DNA of 64,000 nt, taken from assembly GCA_963728825.1 (NCBI GenBank), contig CAVSLA010000005.1, positions 254,634 to 318,633 of the forward strand. Reading direction: 5' to 3'. Both the position numbers and the translations under genes were made by a program. The notes under the pieces are model-generated. The model was not told where the DNA came from and did no database searches. It saw only the letters and a list, made by a program, of their open reading frames with translations. Source of the DNA: an uncultured Acidobacteriota bacterium. Lineage in GTDB: Bacteria > Acidobacteriota > Vicinamibacteria > Vicinamibacterales > CAVVIG01. Below are positions 55,438 through 64,000 of the stretch, piece after piece (within the stretch, counting starts at the first letter, position 1; every line of letters starts with the position of its first letter).

Positions 55438-56165
55438 GGCTCACCAGCCGTCACCGCCACCGTGTGCTCGAAGTGGGCCGACAAACTCCGGTCACGCGTG
55501 ACCGCCGTCCAGCCGTCTGCGAGCACCTTCACCGCCGGACTGCCGGCATTGACCATCGGCTCGATCGCCAGCACCATGCCTTCGGAGAGCCGCGGCCCCC
55601 GACCGACCTCACCGTAGTTGGGCACCTGCGGCTCCTCATGCATCTGCTGGCCGATGCCATGTCCGACGAACTCGCGCACCACCGAAAACCCGTTGGCCTC
55701 GACGTGCTGCTGTACTGCGTGACCGATGTCGTACAACCGGCCGCCCGGCCGCACCCGCTCGATCGCCTTGTAGAGCGACTCCTCGGTCACCCGCAGCAGA
55801 AGCGCCGCCTCCTCCGAGACGCGGCCGACCGGCAGCGTGACGGCGCTGTCGCCGAAATAGCCACCGAGCGAGGCGCCGACGTCGATCGAGACGACGTCGC
55901 CCTCCATCAACACCCGCCGGCCGGACGGGATGCCATGAATAACCTCTTCGTTCACTGACGCGCAAATCGTCGCCGGGTAGCCGTGATAGCCCTTGAACGC
56001 GGCGGTCGCACCCGCGTCGGCAATCAGCTTCTCAGCCACCGCGTCGAGATCCGCCGTCGTCACGCCCGGCACGACCATCGCGGTCAGGCGGGTCAGAACC
56101 TCACCAACCAGACGACCGGCCGCCCGCATCTTCTCGAGCTCGGCGGCCGACCGGCAGATGATCAC
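55395..56165 (-). CDS. map: type I methionine aminopeptidase
   Basis: ORF track, 256 aa. [24 protein letters not shown] and LAIEPM metal-site blocks. Confidence 0.9.
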   Translation of the reverse strand: MIICRSAAELEKMRAAGRLVGEVLTRLTAMVVPGVTTADLDAVAEKLIADAGATAAFKGYHGYPATICASVNEEVIHGIPSGRRVLMEGDVVSIDVGASLGGYFGDSAVTLPVGRVSEEAALLLRVTEESLYKAIERVRPGGRLYDIGHAVQQHVEANGFSVVREFVGHGIGQQMHEEPQVPNYGEVGRGPRLSEGMVLAIEPMVNAGSPAVKVLADGWTAVTRDRSLSAHFEHTVAVTAGEPWILTAREVPVPVR

Positions 56166-56830
56166 GGCCGTGCTCCCCCGGCGCTGCCGTTGCCGGCCGC
56201 GTGGATGGCCGCGGCCAGCAGCTGGGCCACCCGCTCGGGCGGCTGAGCGCCGTCGATCGAGCGGAAGGTCGGGCGCGCGCGATAGTAGTCGACGAGCGGC
56301 TCGGTGTTGCGGTGATACACCTTGAGGCGTTCACGCACCACGGATTCGCCGTCGTCGCCGCGCTGCTTGAGCCGCCCGCCGCAGCGCTGGCAGGTCTGCT
56401 GCGCCGCCGCTTCCCCTTCCGCGTTCAGACCACACGACTCACAGATGCGGCGCGATGCCAGCCGCCGCACGAGCTCCGCTTCCGGGACGGTGATGTCGAC
56501 GACGATCAGCGGGTCGCGCCCCGTCATGATGGCATCGAGCGCCGCCGCCTGCGCGACCGTCCGTGGGAACCCGTCGAGGATGAAGCCGGCCCGCGCATCC
56601 TGTCGATCGAGCCGCTCGCGAACGATGCCGATCATGATGTCGTCGCCGACCAGTTCGCCGCGATCCATGATCGTCTTGGCCTGAAGACCGAGCGGCGTCC
56701 CGTTCTTGACCGCGTCGCGCAGGATGTCACCGGTCGAGATCTTCGGGATGCCCTGGCTCTCGGCGAAGCGCTCGGCCTGCGTCCCCTTGCCCGCCCCCGG
56801 CGGCCCCAGCATGATCAGATTTAGCGCCAT
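56162..56830 (-). CDS. adk: adenylate kinase (zinc-lid type)
   Basis: ORF track, 222 aa. LGPPGAGKGTQA and the lid CESCG...CQRCGG. Confidence 0.9.
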   Translation of the reverse strand: MALNLIMLGPPGAGKGTQAERFAESQGIPKISTGDILRDAVKNGTPLGLQAKTIMDRGELVGDDIMIGIVRERLDRQDARAGFILDGFPRTVAQAAALDAIMTGRDPLIVVDITVPEAELVRRLASRRICESCGLNAEGEAAAQQTCQRCGGRLKQRGDDGESVVRERLKVYHRNTEPLVDYYRARPTFRSIDGAQPPERVAQLLAAAIHAAGNGSAGGARP

Positions 56831-56845
56831 CAGCCTCTGCGTGCG

Positions 56846-58231
<1,386 letters not shown>

Positions 58232-58237
58232 AACAAC

Positions 58238-58684
58238 TCAGGCAATGATTTCGGTTGCGCCGCCGGCGGCCGCGATTTTCTCCGCGGCTTTGCCGCTGAA
58301 CTTGTGCGCGTGGACCGTGAGGTTCTTCGTGACCTCGCCCCGTGCGAGGATCTTCACCGGACGGTTACGGCCCCCCACCAGGCCGCGCTCTCGGAGCATA
58401 TCCGGTGTCACGATGGTGCCGGCATCGAACTTCTGCGCGAGCGTGTCGAGGTTCACGACTTCGTACTGCACGCGGAACGGATTGTGGAAGCCGCGCTTCG
58501 GCACGCGGCGGTGCAGCGGCATCTGGCCGCCCTCGAAGCCGCGCTTGAACTTGAAGCCGGACCGCGACTTGGCACCCTTGTGCCCGCGCCCCGCCGTCTT
58601 CCCCTGCCCCGACCCCTGGCCGCGCCCGACCCGCTTCTTGGAATGCTTGGCGCCCTTCGGGGGTTTCAGATTCCCTAAATCCAT
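58238..58684 (-). CDS. rplO: 50S ribosomal protein L15
   Basis: In-frame ATG at 58684 ([26 protein letters not shown]) within ORF 58238..58738. Confidence 0.85.
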   Translation of the reverse strand: MDLGNLKPPKGAKHSKKRVGRGQGSGQGKTAGRGHKGAKSRSGFKFKRGFEGGQMPLHRRVPKRGFHNPFRVQYEVVNLDTLAQKFDAGTIVTPDMLRERGLVGGRNRPVKILARGEVTKNLTVHAHKFSGKAAEKIAAAGGATEIIA

Positions 58685-58734
58685 AAATCCCAAATCCTCA
58701 AATCCTGAAATCCTCAAATCCTGAAATTTCAGGA
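58685..58734. repeat. GAGGATTT-family word array between rpmD and rplO
   Basis: Plus strand reads aaatccc aaatcctc aaatcctg aaatcctc aaatcctg aaatttcaggatc. A 14-nt palindrome CCTGAAATTTCAGG lies at 58720-58733. The words continue into the first rplO codons. Confidence 0.8.
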
Positions 58735-58935
58735 TCACTCCACCGTGACGAGATGACGGACCTTGTGGATCATGCCCCGGGTCGCCGGCGTGTCTTTCAA
58801 CTCCACGGTGTGCCGGATGCGCCGCAATCCGAGGCCGCGGACCACCGTCTCCTGGTTCTTGTTGAACCCGATCGGGCTCTTGACGAGCGTCACCTTCACG
58901 GTGCCGCCTTTCGCGTCAGTTCGTTGATTGGCCAT
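58735..58935 (-). CDS. rpmD: 50S ribosomal protein L30
   Basis: ORF track, 66 aa. [28 protein letters not shown]. Confidence 0.85.
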   Translation of the reverse strand: MANQRTDAKGGTVKVTLVKSPIGFNKNQETVVRGLGLRRIRHTVELKDTPATRGMIHKVRHLVTVE

Positions 58936-58955
58936 GGTCTTTTTCCACGGGCGCG

Positions 58956-59474
58956 CTACGCCGTTTTGCGCGACAGCTCCTCGATGTCCTTGCCCCGCAT
59001 CCGCGCAATCGTCACCGGATCCTTCAGGGAATCGAGCCCGGCGATCGTCGCCCGGACGACATTGTGCGGGTTTGCCGATCCCAGCGACTTGGTCAGGATG
59101 TTGGTAATCCCGGCCGATTCGACCACCGCCCGCACCGCGCCGCCGGCGATGATGCCGGTCCCGTCGGGAGCCGGCTTCAGCAGCACGCTGCCGGCGCCGA
59201 ACTGTCCGACGATCGGATGGGGAATCGTCGTTCCCTGCAACGGCACCCGGATCAGGTTCTTCTTGGCGGCCTCAATCCCCTTCTTGATGGCCGACGGCAC
59301 TTCCTTGGCCTTGCCCACGCCGAAGCCAACGACGCCGTGGCCGTCACCGACCACGACCAGCGCGCTGAAGCTCAGGTTCTTGCCGCCCTTGACGACCTTC
59401 GTGACGCGGTTGATCGAAACGACCGTGTCCTTGATGTCGAGCTGGCTGGCGTCGATTCGTTCGCGTGTTCGCAT
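58956..59474 (-). CDS. rpsE: 30S ribosomal protein S5
   Basis: In-frame ATG at 59474 ([36 protein letters not shown]) within ORF 58956..59630. Confidence 0.9.
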   Translation of the reverse strand: MRTRERIDASQLDIKDTVVSINRVTKVVKGGKNLSFSALVVVGDGHGVVGFGVGKAKEVPSAIKKGIEAAKKNLIRVPLQGTTIPHPIVGQFGAGSVLLKPAPDGTGIIAGGAVRAVVESAGITNILTKSLGSANPHNVVRATIAGLDSLKDPVTIARMRGKDIEELSRKTA

Positions 59475-59486
59475 TTTTACTTTCTC

Positions 59487-59598
59487 GCGGGGCCCCACCC
59501 CCGCTCGTGCTTCGACGTTGCTCAGCACGACCCTGAGCCTGTCGAAGGGTCGCAGACGCGCTCGCACCGTGGTGCTCGCGCGTATCCAGAACCGGACG
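59487..59598 (-). repeat. intergenic element with the GC hairpin (59487-59504) and a tail shared with the 63-bp repeat
   Basis: Core at 59489-59502, 14 nt from the rpsE ATG. The tail gcgcgtatccagaaccggacgtc (about 59578-59600) matches ggcgtatccagaacaggacgtc of the units at 63602-63775. Confidence 0.7.
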
Positions 59599-59973
59599 TC
59601 AGAACTCCAATCCAGCTTTCCGCGCGGCATCCGCCACGGCGCGGATGCGACCGTGATACAGGAAGCCGCTCCGGTCGAAAACCACCCGCTTGATCCCTTT
59701 TTCGATCGACCGCTCGGCGATCGCCTTGCCGATGGCCTCGGCTCCCTTGACGTTGCCGCCGCTGATGCCCTGGCTGAACGTGCCTTTCAGGGCCGGATCG
59801 ACGCTCGACGCGGCCACCAGGGTCCGGCCGCTCAGATCATCGATCACCTGCGCGTAGATGTGAGACACGCTACGGAACACGCTCAAGCGCGGCCGCTCGT
59901 CCGTGCCGGCAATGCGCTTGCGCTGCCGCAGCTGTATGCGATGCCGGCGATCGTCCTTCGTCTGAATCTTCAT
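59599..59973 (-). CDS. rplR: 50S ribosomal protein L18
   Basis: ORF track, 124 aa. [20 protein letters not shown]. Confidence 0.9.
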   Translation of the reverse strand: MKIQTKDDRRHRIQLRQRKRIAGTDERPRLSVFRSVSHIYAQVIDDLSGRTLVAASSVDPALKGTFSQGISGGNVKGAEAIGKAIAERSIEKGIKRVVFDRSGFLYHGRIRAVADAARKAGLEF

Positions 59974-60030
59974 AAACCCTTAGCCCTGAACCCGAGCCCC
60001 TTGAGCCCTGAGCCCTTTAGCCCTGAGCCC
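59974..60030. repeat. array of about 8 AGGGCT-family words filling the rplF-rplR spacer
   Basis: Reads aaaccct tagccct gaacccg agcccct tgagccct gagccct ttagccct gagccct. Confidence 0.8.
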
Positions 60031-60566
60031 TACTTGGCCCCTGTCTTCCCGGCCTTCTTCTTGAGAACCTCGCCGGTGTAGCGGACACCCTTCTGCTTGT
60101 AGGGGTCCGGCTTGCGCAGCCGGCGGATGTTCGCGGCGACCTGGCCGACCAGCTGGCGGTCGACGCCGGTCACCGTGATGTGCGTCTGCTTCTCGATCGC
60201 GACGTCGATGCCCACCGGGATGTCGAAGACCACCGCGTGCGAATAGCCGAGCGCGAAGATTACCTGCTTGCCCTTGACCTCGGCGCGGTAGCCGACGCCG
60301 ACGATGTCGAGCTCTTTCTTGAATCCATCGGTGACGCCGGACACCGCGTTCGCCACCAGGCTGCGCGCCAGCCCGTGGAACTTCGCGAGCTCAGGGCTGT
60401 CGCCGCGCTTCGCGACCAGGTGACCATCGGACAGCTCGAAGTTGATGCCACTCGGGAAACCCTGCTTCAACTTCCCCTTGGGGCCCTGTACTTCCACGGC
60501 GCCGTCCAGCACCTTGACGGTGACACCTTTCGGGATCGTGATTGGCTTCTTACCGATACGAGACAT
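60030..60566 (-). CDS. rplF: 50S ribosomal protein L6
   Basis: ORF track, 178 aa. [17 protein letters not shown]. Confidence 0.9.
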   Translation of the reverse strand: MSRIGKKPITIPKGVTVKVLDGAVEVQGPKGKLKQGFPSGINFELSDGHLVAKRGDSPELAKFHGLARSLVANAVSGVTDGFKKELDIVGVGYRAEVKGKQVIFALGYSHAVVFDIPVGIDVAIEKQTHITVTGVDRQLVGQVAANIRRLRKPDPYKQKGVRYTGEVLKKKAGKTGAK

Positions 60567-60606
60567 TTCGTGATCCTTGTGGCCTCGGGCCGAGACCCGT
60601 CGGCCC

Positions 60607-61014
60607 TCACCAGATATTACAGAGCACCTCTCCGCCCACGCCGGCTTTCACGGCGTTGCGGCCGGTCATCACCCCGCGCGAGGTGGTCAGGATGCTGGTG
60701 CCGAGCCCGGCCAGCACCTCGGGCACGTCGTCGCGTCCGAAGTAGACCCGGCGTCCCGGGCGGCTGATCCGCTGCACGCCGGTAATCAACCGTTCGCCAT
60801 GCGGTCCGTACTTCAGGAAGAGGCGCAGCGTCTTCGAAAGCGCGGTCGTCCCCTCGGCGTTCTCCAGCAGCTTGAAGCCCTGGATGTAGCCTTCGTCCTG
60901 CAGGATCCGCGCGATGTCGGCCTTGATGCGCGAGGCCGGCATGTCGACCCGCGTGTGCTTGGCGGTCACCGCGTTCCGGATCCGCGTGAGCATGTCTGCA
61001 ATAGGGTCTGTCAT
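60607..61014 (-). CDS. rpsH: 30S ribosomal protein S8
   Basis: In-frame ATG at 61014 ([15 protein letters not shown]) within ORF 60607..61047. Confidence 0.9.
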   Translation of the reverse strand: MTDPIADMLTRIRNAVTAKHTRVDMPASRIKADIARILQDEGYIQGFKLLENAEGTTALSKTLRLFLKYGPHGERLITGVQRISRPGRRVYFGRDDVPEVLAGLGTSILTTSRGVMTGRNAVKAGVGGEVLCNIW

Positions 61015-61033
61015 AGCTCTCTCAATCTTGACC

Positions 61034-61100
61034 GTGCCTGGTGCCATCCGCGTGCCGCAGTGCCGAGTACCGCACGCAGCACCGCGGCACCCTGCACCCG
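61034..61100. repeat. inverted GTGCC / GGCAC word arms between rpsN and rpsH
   Basis: Reads cgtgcct ggtgcca ..cgtgccg cagtgccg | gcacgcagcaccgcggcaccctgcacccggcc. Same word family as at 23900-24174. Confidence 0.7.
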
Positions 61101-61111
61101 GCCCCCTGGCC

Positions 61112-61297
61112 TCACCAACTGCTCTTGGTCACCCCTGTGACATCGCCCTCGAGCGCCAGCTTGCGGAAGCACAGGCGGCACAGTGCGAACTTACGCATGT
61201 AGGCGCGCGGCCGGCCACAGAGGTGGCAGCGGTTGCGCAGGCGAATCTTGTACTTCGGCGTCTTCTGCTCTTTGGCGATCTTTGCTGTCGTTGCCAT
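61112..61297 (-). CDS. rpsN: 30S ribosomal protein S14, zinc-binding type Z
   Basis: ORF track, 61 aa. [22 protein letters not shown]. Confidence 0.9.
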   Translation of the reverse strand: MATTAKIAKEQKTPKYKIRLRNRCHLCGRPRAYMRKFALCRLCFRKLALEGDVTGVTKSSW

Positions 61298-61321
61298 AAG
61301 CGGTGTCTACTTCTTTCAATG

Positions 61322-61345
61322 GCGGCGGGGCCCCACCCCCGGCGC
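61322..61345 (-). repeat. GC hairpin element, copy at rpsN (one stem mismatch)
   Basis: Core at 61327-61340, 29 nt from the rpsN ATG. It is followed by agtgagccgcaggcgctactgctgcc, which resembles the 3' part of the element at 52226-52318. Confidence 0.7.
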
Positions 61346-61369
61346 ATTTCTCACAGTGAGCCGCAGGCG

Positions 61370-61912
61370 CTACTGCTGCCGGAACGGCATGCCGACGAAC
61401 TGCAGGAGCTTGCGCGCCTCCTGATCGGTCTTCGCCGTCGTCACCACCGAGACGTTCATGCCACGCGCCTTGTCGACCTTCATGTAGTCGATCTCGGGAA
61501 ACAGCAGCTGATCGCGCAGGCCGAGCGTGTAGTTGCCGCGGCCATCGAAGCCGCGCGGCGACACGCCCTTGAAGTCGCGGACACGCGGCAGCGCAATGTT
61601 CATCAGCCGGTCGAGGAATTCCCACATCCGCTCCCCGCGCAGCGTGACCATCGTCCCGATCGGCATGCCTTTTCGAACCTTGAACGCGGCAATCGACTTC
61701 TTCGCGCGGCGCGTCACCGGCTTCTGCCCAGTGATGCGCGACACCTCGTCGGCGCCGGTGTCGACGATCTTGGCGTTCGAGGTTGCCTCGCCCAGCCCCA
61801 TGTTGACGACCACCTTCGTGATCTTGGGGACGGCCATCACGTTCTTGTAGCCGAACTCCTTGGTGAGTGCGGCGATGACTTCCTGCTGGTATTTCTCTTT
61901 CAGCCGGCTCAT
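61370..61912 (-). CDS. rplE: 50S ribosomal protein L5
   Basis: In-frame ATG at 61912 ([31 protein letters not shown]) within ORF 61370..62002. Confidence 0.9.
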   Translation of the reverse strand: MSRLKEKYQQEVIAALTKEFGYKNVMAVPKITKVVVNMGLGEATSNAKIVDTGADEVSRITGQKPVTRRAKKSIAAFKVRKGMPIGTMVTLRGERMWEFLDRLMNIALPRVRDFKGVSPRGFDGRGNYTLGLRDQLLFPEIDYMKVDKARGMNVSVVTTAKTDQEARKLLQFVGMPFRQQ

Positions 61913-62241
61913 TTGTCGACGACTCCCTCGCACTTGCGGCAGATCCTGACCTTGCGGCCATCGCCGAGAATCTTGTGGCCGATGCGCGTCTGGGCACTGC
62001 ATTCGGGGCAGACCAGCTGGACGTTGCTGGCGTGCACCGGCGCCTCGCGCTCGACGATGCCGCCCTTCACGTTGCGGCCGGGGTTCGGTTTGGTGTGGCG
62101 CTTGATCACGTTGACGCCCTCGACGACGAGCCGGTTCTTGTCCGGCACGACGCGCAGCACGCGACCGCGCTTACCGCGGTCCTTGCCGGTGACTACCAGC
62201 ACGTTGTCGTTCTTGCGAATTGGCGTAGCGAGGCGACTCAT
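61909..62241 (-). CDS. rplX: 50S ribosomal protein L24
   Basis: In-frame ATG at 62241 ([29 protein letters not shown]) within ORF 61909..62871. It has a C-terminal CPEC...CRKC ribbon. Confidence 0.9.
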   Translation of the reverse strand: MSRLATPIRKNDNVLVVTGKDRGKRGRVLRVVPDKNRLVVEGVNVIKRHTKPNPGRNVKGGIVEREAPVHASNVQLVCPECSAQTRIGHKILGDGRKVRICRKCEGVVDK

Positions 62242-62609
62242 TACAGAACCTCTGGAGCCAGCGAAATAATCTTCATGAACCGACGCTCGCGCAGCTCGCG
62301 GGCCACCGGACCGAAGACCCGGGTGCCGATCGGCTCGTTCTGATCGTTGATCAGCACGGCGGCATTGCGATCGAAGCGGATGTAGGTGCCATCGCGCCGC
62401 CGCTGTTCTTTGACGGTCCGCACGATGACCGCCTTCACGACCTGCCCCTTCTTGACGTTCGATTCGGGCGTCGCTTCCTTCACCGAGGCGGTCACGATGT
62501 CGCCGAGCCGCGCGTAGCGCCCGGTCGAGCCGCCGATCGGATTGATGATCGCGATCTTGCGGGCGCCGGAGTTGTCGGCGACGTCCAGGATCGATCGCAT
62601 CTGAATCAT
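62241..62609 (-). CDS. rplN: 50S ribosomal protein L14
   Basis: In-frame ATG at 62609 ([18 protein letters not shown]) within ORF 62241..62621. Confidence 0.9.
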   Translation of the reverse strand: MIQMRSILDVADNSGARKIAIINPIGGSTGRYARLGDIVTASVKEATPESNVKKGQVVKAVIVRTVKEQRRRDGTYIRFDRNAAVLINDQNEPIGTRVFGPVARELRERRFMKIISLAPEVL

Positions 62610-62630
62610 GACTGTCTCCACACCGTCCGG

Positions 62631-62689
62631 CGTTCGTCGTGCGTCGTTCGCCGGGCCGCCGACGAACCTCGAACGTCGAACGACGAATG
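62631..62689. repeat. long imperfect hairpin built from CGTTCG / CGAACG words between rpsQ and rplN
   Basis: Left arm cgttcgtcgtgcgtcgttcg (62631-62650) pairs at 16 of 20 positions with cgaacgtcgaacgacgaatg (62670-62689). The loop is 19 nt. Confidence 0.7.
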
Positions 62690-62690
62690 T

Positions 62691-62945
62691 CTAGACTTCT
62701 ACCGCCTGCCGCACAATCCGCTTGAGCGCCCACCGCTTGCGGCGGCTGAGCGGCCGCGTTTCGACGATCTCGACGATGTCGCCCGGCTTCGCCTGGTTGG
62801 TCTCGTCGTGCACCATGAACTTCGACGTGCGCCGCTCGGTCTTGCCGTAGAGCCCGTGCCGCACCTGCCACTCGACCGCGACGACGATGCTCTTCTGCAT
62901 GCTGTTGCTGACGACGACGCCGGTCTTTTCTGATTTGTCGGCCAT
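62691..62945 (-). CDS. rpsQ: 30S ribosomal protein S17
   Basis: ORF track, 84 aa. KTGVVVSNSMQKSIVVAVE. Confidence 0.9.
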   Translation of the reverse strand: MADKSEKTGVVVSNSMQKSIVVAVEWQVRHGLYGKTERRTSKFMVHDETNQAKPGDIVEIVETRPLSRRKRWALKRIVRQAVEV

Positions 62946-62948
62946 GTG

Positions 62949-63140
62949 CTAGTCAGCTCTCTTCTGCCGCAACACCGTTTTCACGCGCGCCAGGTCGCGG
63001 CGGATGATGCGGATTTTCTCCGGCGACTCGAGCTGCCCCATCGACTTCTGAATCCGCATCCGGAACAGCTGATCGGTCAAGTCGCGTTCGCGCGCACCCA
63101 GCTCGTCGGCCCCCAGATCGCGAAGTTCGGCGGCCTTCAT
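62949..63140 (-). CDS. rpmC: 50S ribosomal protein L29
   Basis: In-frame ATG at 63140 ([31 protein letters not shown]) within ORF 62949..63287. ATGA overlap with the rplP stop. Confidence 0.85.
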   Translation of the reverse strand: MKAAELRDLGADELGARERDLTDQLFRMRIQKSMGQLESPEKIRIIRRDLARVKTVLRQKRAD

Positions 63141-63562
63141 AGCATCTTCTCCTGCGCGAAGCGCGTGGCGAACTTGGTGAGGATCGGCAGCTTCGACGCG
63201 GCCAGCTTCATCGCTTCGCGCGCCTCCGTCTCGGTGACCCCTTCCATCTCGAACAGCACCCGTCCGGGACGGATGACCGCCACCCACTGCTCCGGCGCGC
63301 CCTTGCCCTTGCCCATCCGCGTTTCCTGCGGCTTCTTGGTGATCGGCTTGTCGGGAAACACGCGGACCCAGATCTTGCCACCGCGCTTGATGAACCGGGT
63401 CATCGCGACGCGCGCCGCCTCAATCTGCCGATCCGTCAGCCAGCACGGCTCCAGCGCCTTGATGCCGTAGTCTCCGAACGAGACGTCACCGCCGCGCCAC
63501 GCCTTGCCGCGCATCCGGCCGCGCTGCTGCTTCCGGTATTTCACCTTCTTGGGCATCAACAT
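63137..63562 (-). CDS. rplP: 50S ribosomal protein L16
   Basis: ORF track, 141 aa. [19 protein letters not shown]. Confidence 0.9.
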   Translation of the reverse strand: MLMPKKVKYRKQQRGRMRGKAWRGGDVSFGDYGIKALEPCWLTDRQIEAARVAMTRFIKRGGKIWVRVFPDKPITKKPQETRMGKGKGAPEQWVAVIRPGRVLFEMEGVTETEAREAMKLAASKLPILTKFATRFAQEKML

Positions 63563-63575
63563 CGTTTTATCTCTC

Positions 63576-63593
63576 GTGGGGCCCCACCCCCAC
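63576..63593 (-). repeat. GC hairpin element, copy at rplP (GTGGGG-loop-CCCCAC)
   Basis: Core at 63578-63591, 15 nt from the rplP ATG. Confidence 0.7.
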
Positions 63594-63601
63594 TCGCCGA
63601 C

Positions 63602-63775
63602 GCCTTCGCGCCGTAGCGCTCGGCGTATCCAGAACAGGACGTCGCCGCGCTTCCATACTCCGATGCCTTCGCGCCGTAGCGCTCGGCGTATCCAGAATAG
63701 GACGTCGCCGCGCTTCCATACTCCGATGCCTTCGCGCCGCAGCGCTCGGCGTATCTAGAACCGGACGCTAGGCGG
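63602..63775. repeat. 63-bp tandem repeat, about 2.75 copies, between rpsC and rplP
   Basis: Units start at 63602, 63665 and 63728 (gccttcgcgccgtagcgctcggcgtatccagaacaggacgtcgccgcgcttccatactccgat), with 1-3 substitutions between copies. The period also shows as a 21-aa repeat in the spurious ORF 63504..63758. Confidence 0.9.
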
Positions 63776-63792
63776 TCGGCTCCGCACGTCTC

Positions 63793-64000
63793 CTAGGCTC
63801 GCGGCGGCGGCCGCCGCGGTGCTCGTTCCCTGTACTCTTCCTCTCGTCCACGCTGCGGGACGAGGCGCTCACCCTTGTAGAGCCACACCTTGATCCCGAT
63901 CTGGCCGTAGGTCGTGTTCGCCTCGGCAAAGCCGTAGTCGATGTCGGCCCGCAGCGTCTGCAACGGCAGCTGGCCGTGCAGGTACCACTCGGACCGCGCG
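63793..64000 (-). CDS. rpsC: 30S ribosomal protein S3, C-terminal part (the gene continues past the window end)
   Basis: Own translation gives ...[68 protein letters not shown], with stop TAG at 63793-63795. Confidence 0.85.
   Translation of the reverse strand, partial: ARSEWYLHGQLPLQTLRADIDYGFAEANTTYGQIGIKVWLYKGERLVPQRGREEEYRERAPRRPPPRA

Noticed and set aside
58685-58738. N-terminal extension of L15 ([18 protein letters not shown]), and similar extensions of S5, S8, L5, L14, RpoA, PilB and PilW2 in the ORF track.
   Set aside because: The extensions translate word arrays or spacers and are absent from the conserved protein families. Internal ATGs give canonical N-termini.
59489-59502. G-quadruplex or i-motif interpretation of the GGGGGTGGGGCCCC core.
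   Set aside because: Only two G runs are present per copy, and a quadruplex needs four. A simple hairpin with covarying stem extensions explains the conservation better.
63504-63758. 84-aa ORF with a perfect 21-aa peptide repeat ([21 protein letters not shown]).
   Set aside because: It is simply the translation of the 63-bp DNA tandem repeat on the strand opposite the operon. It overlaps the rplP start and has no start context.

Overview
GC-rich bacterial chromosome segment, about two-thirds G+C by eye. It is probably Acidobacteriota, because it carries an ADOP-type duplicated FtsX permease; this is an inference. Nearly all genes are on the minus strand.

Gene content from left to right:
- proS (partial), nadB and aroB.
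- A five-gene block at 3.7-9.7 kb: ABC-2 exporter, transglutaminase-like protein, sigma-54 response regulator and a coiled-coil protein. It can only be read by hopping between frames about 29 times.
- A large type IV pilus supercluster at 10.7-33.7 kb: pilY1, two tandem minor-pilin sets, fimT, a histidine kinase, pilD, an ABC-2 exporter, a VKOR-DsbA fusion, pilA with a perfect sigma-54 promoter, pilR, pilS, pilC, pilT and pilB.
- An outer-membrane barrel, pdaD, and a YIP1 / MacA-like / two MacB-type permease operon with no ATPase.
- A roughly 1070-aa fused membrane/spermidine-synthase protein, an EF-G family GTPase, the ADOP permease and several small enzymes.
- The alpha and spc ribosomal-protein operons, rplQ through rpsC, at 51.5-64 kb.

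I saw no rRNA, tRNA, CRISPR array, transposase, integrase or recognisable defence system.

The most unusual content is non-coding:
1. A conserved GC hairpin with core GGGGG[T/A]GGGGCCCC. All seven copies are intergenic and all point in the sense direction of the next gene. Five of the seven end 12-16 nt before its start codon. The stems show compensatory changes.
2. Dispersed families of degenerate 7-8 nt word arrays (GAGGATTT, CAGGGCT, GGTGCC and others). They fill the spacers of the pilus and ribosomal operons, often as inverted arms.
3. A strictly 11-bp-phased array of at least 12 units.
4. A 63-bp tandem repeat between rpsC and rplP.

Motif coordinates were hand-counted and calibrated against ORF-track stops; expect about +/-2 nt.
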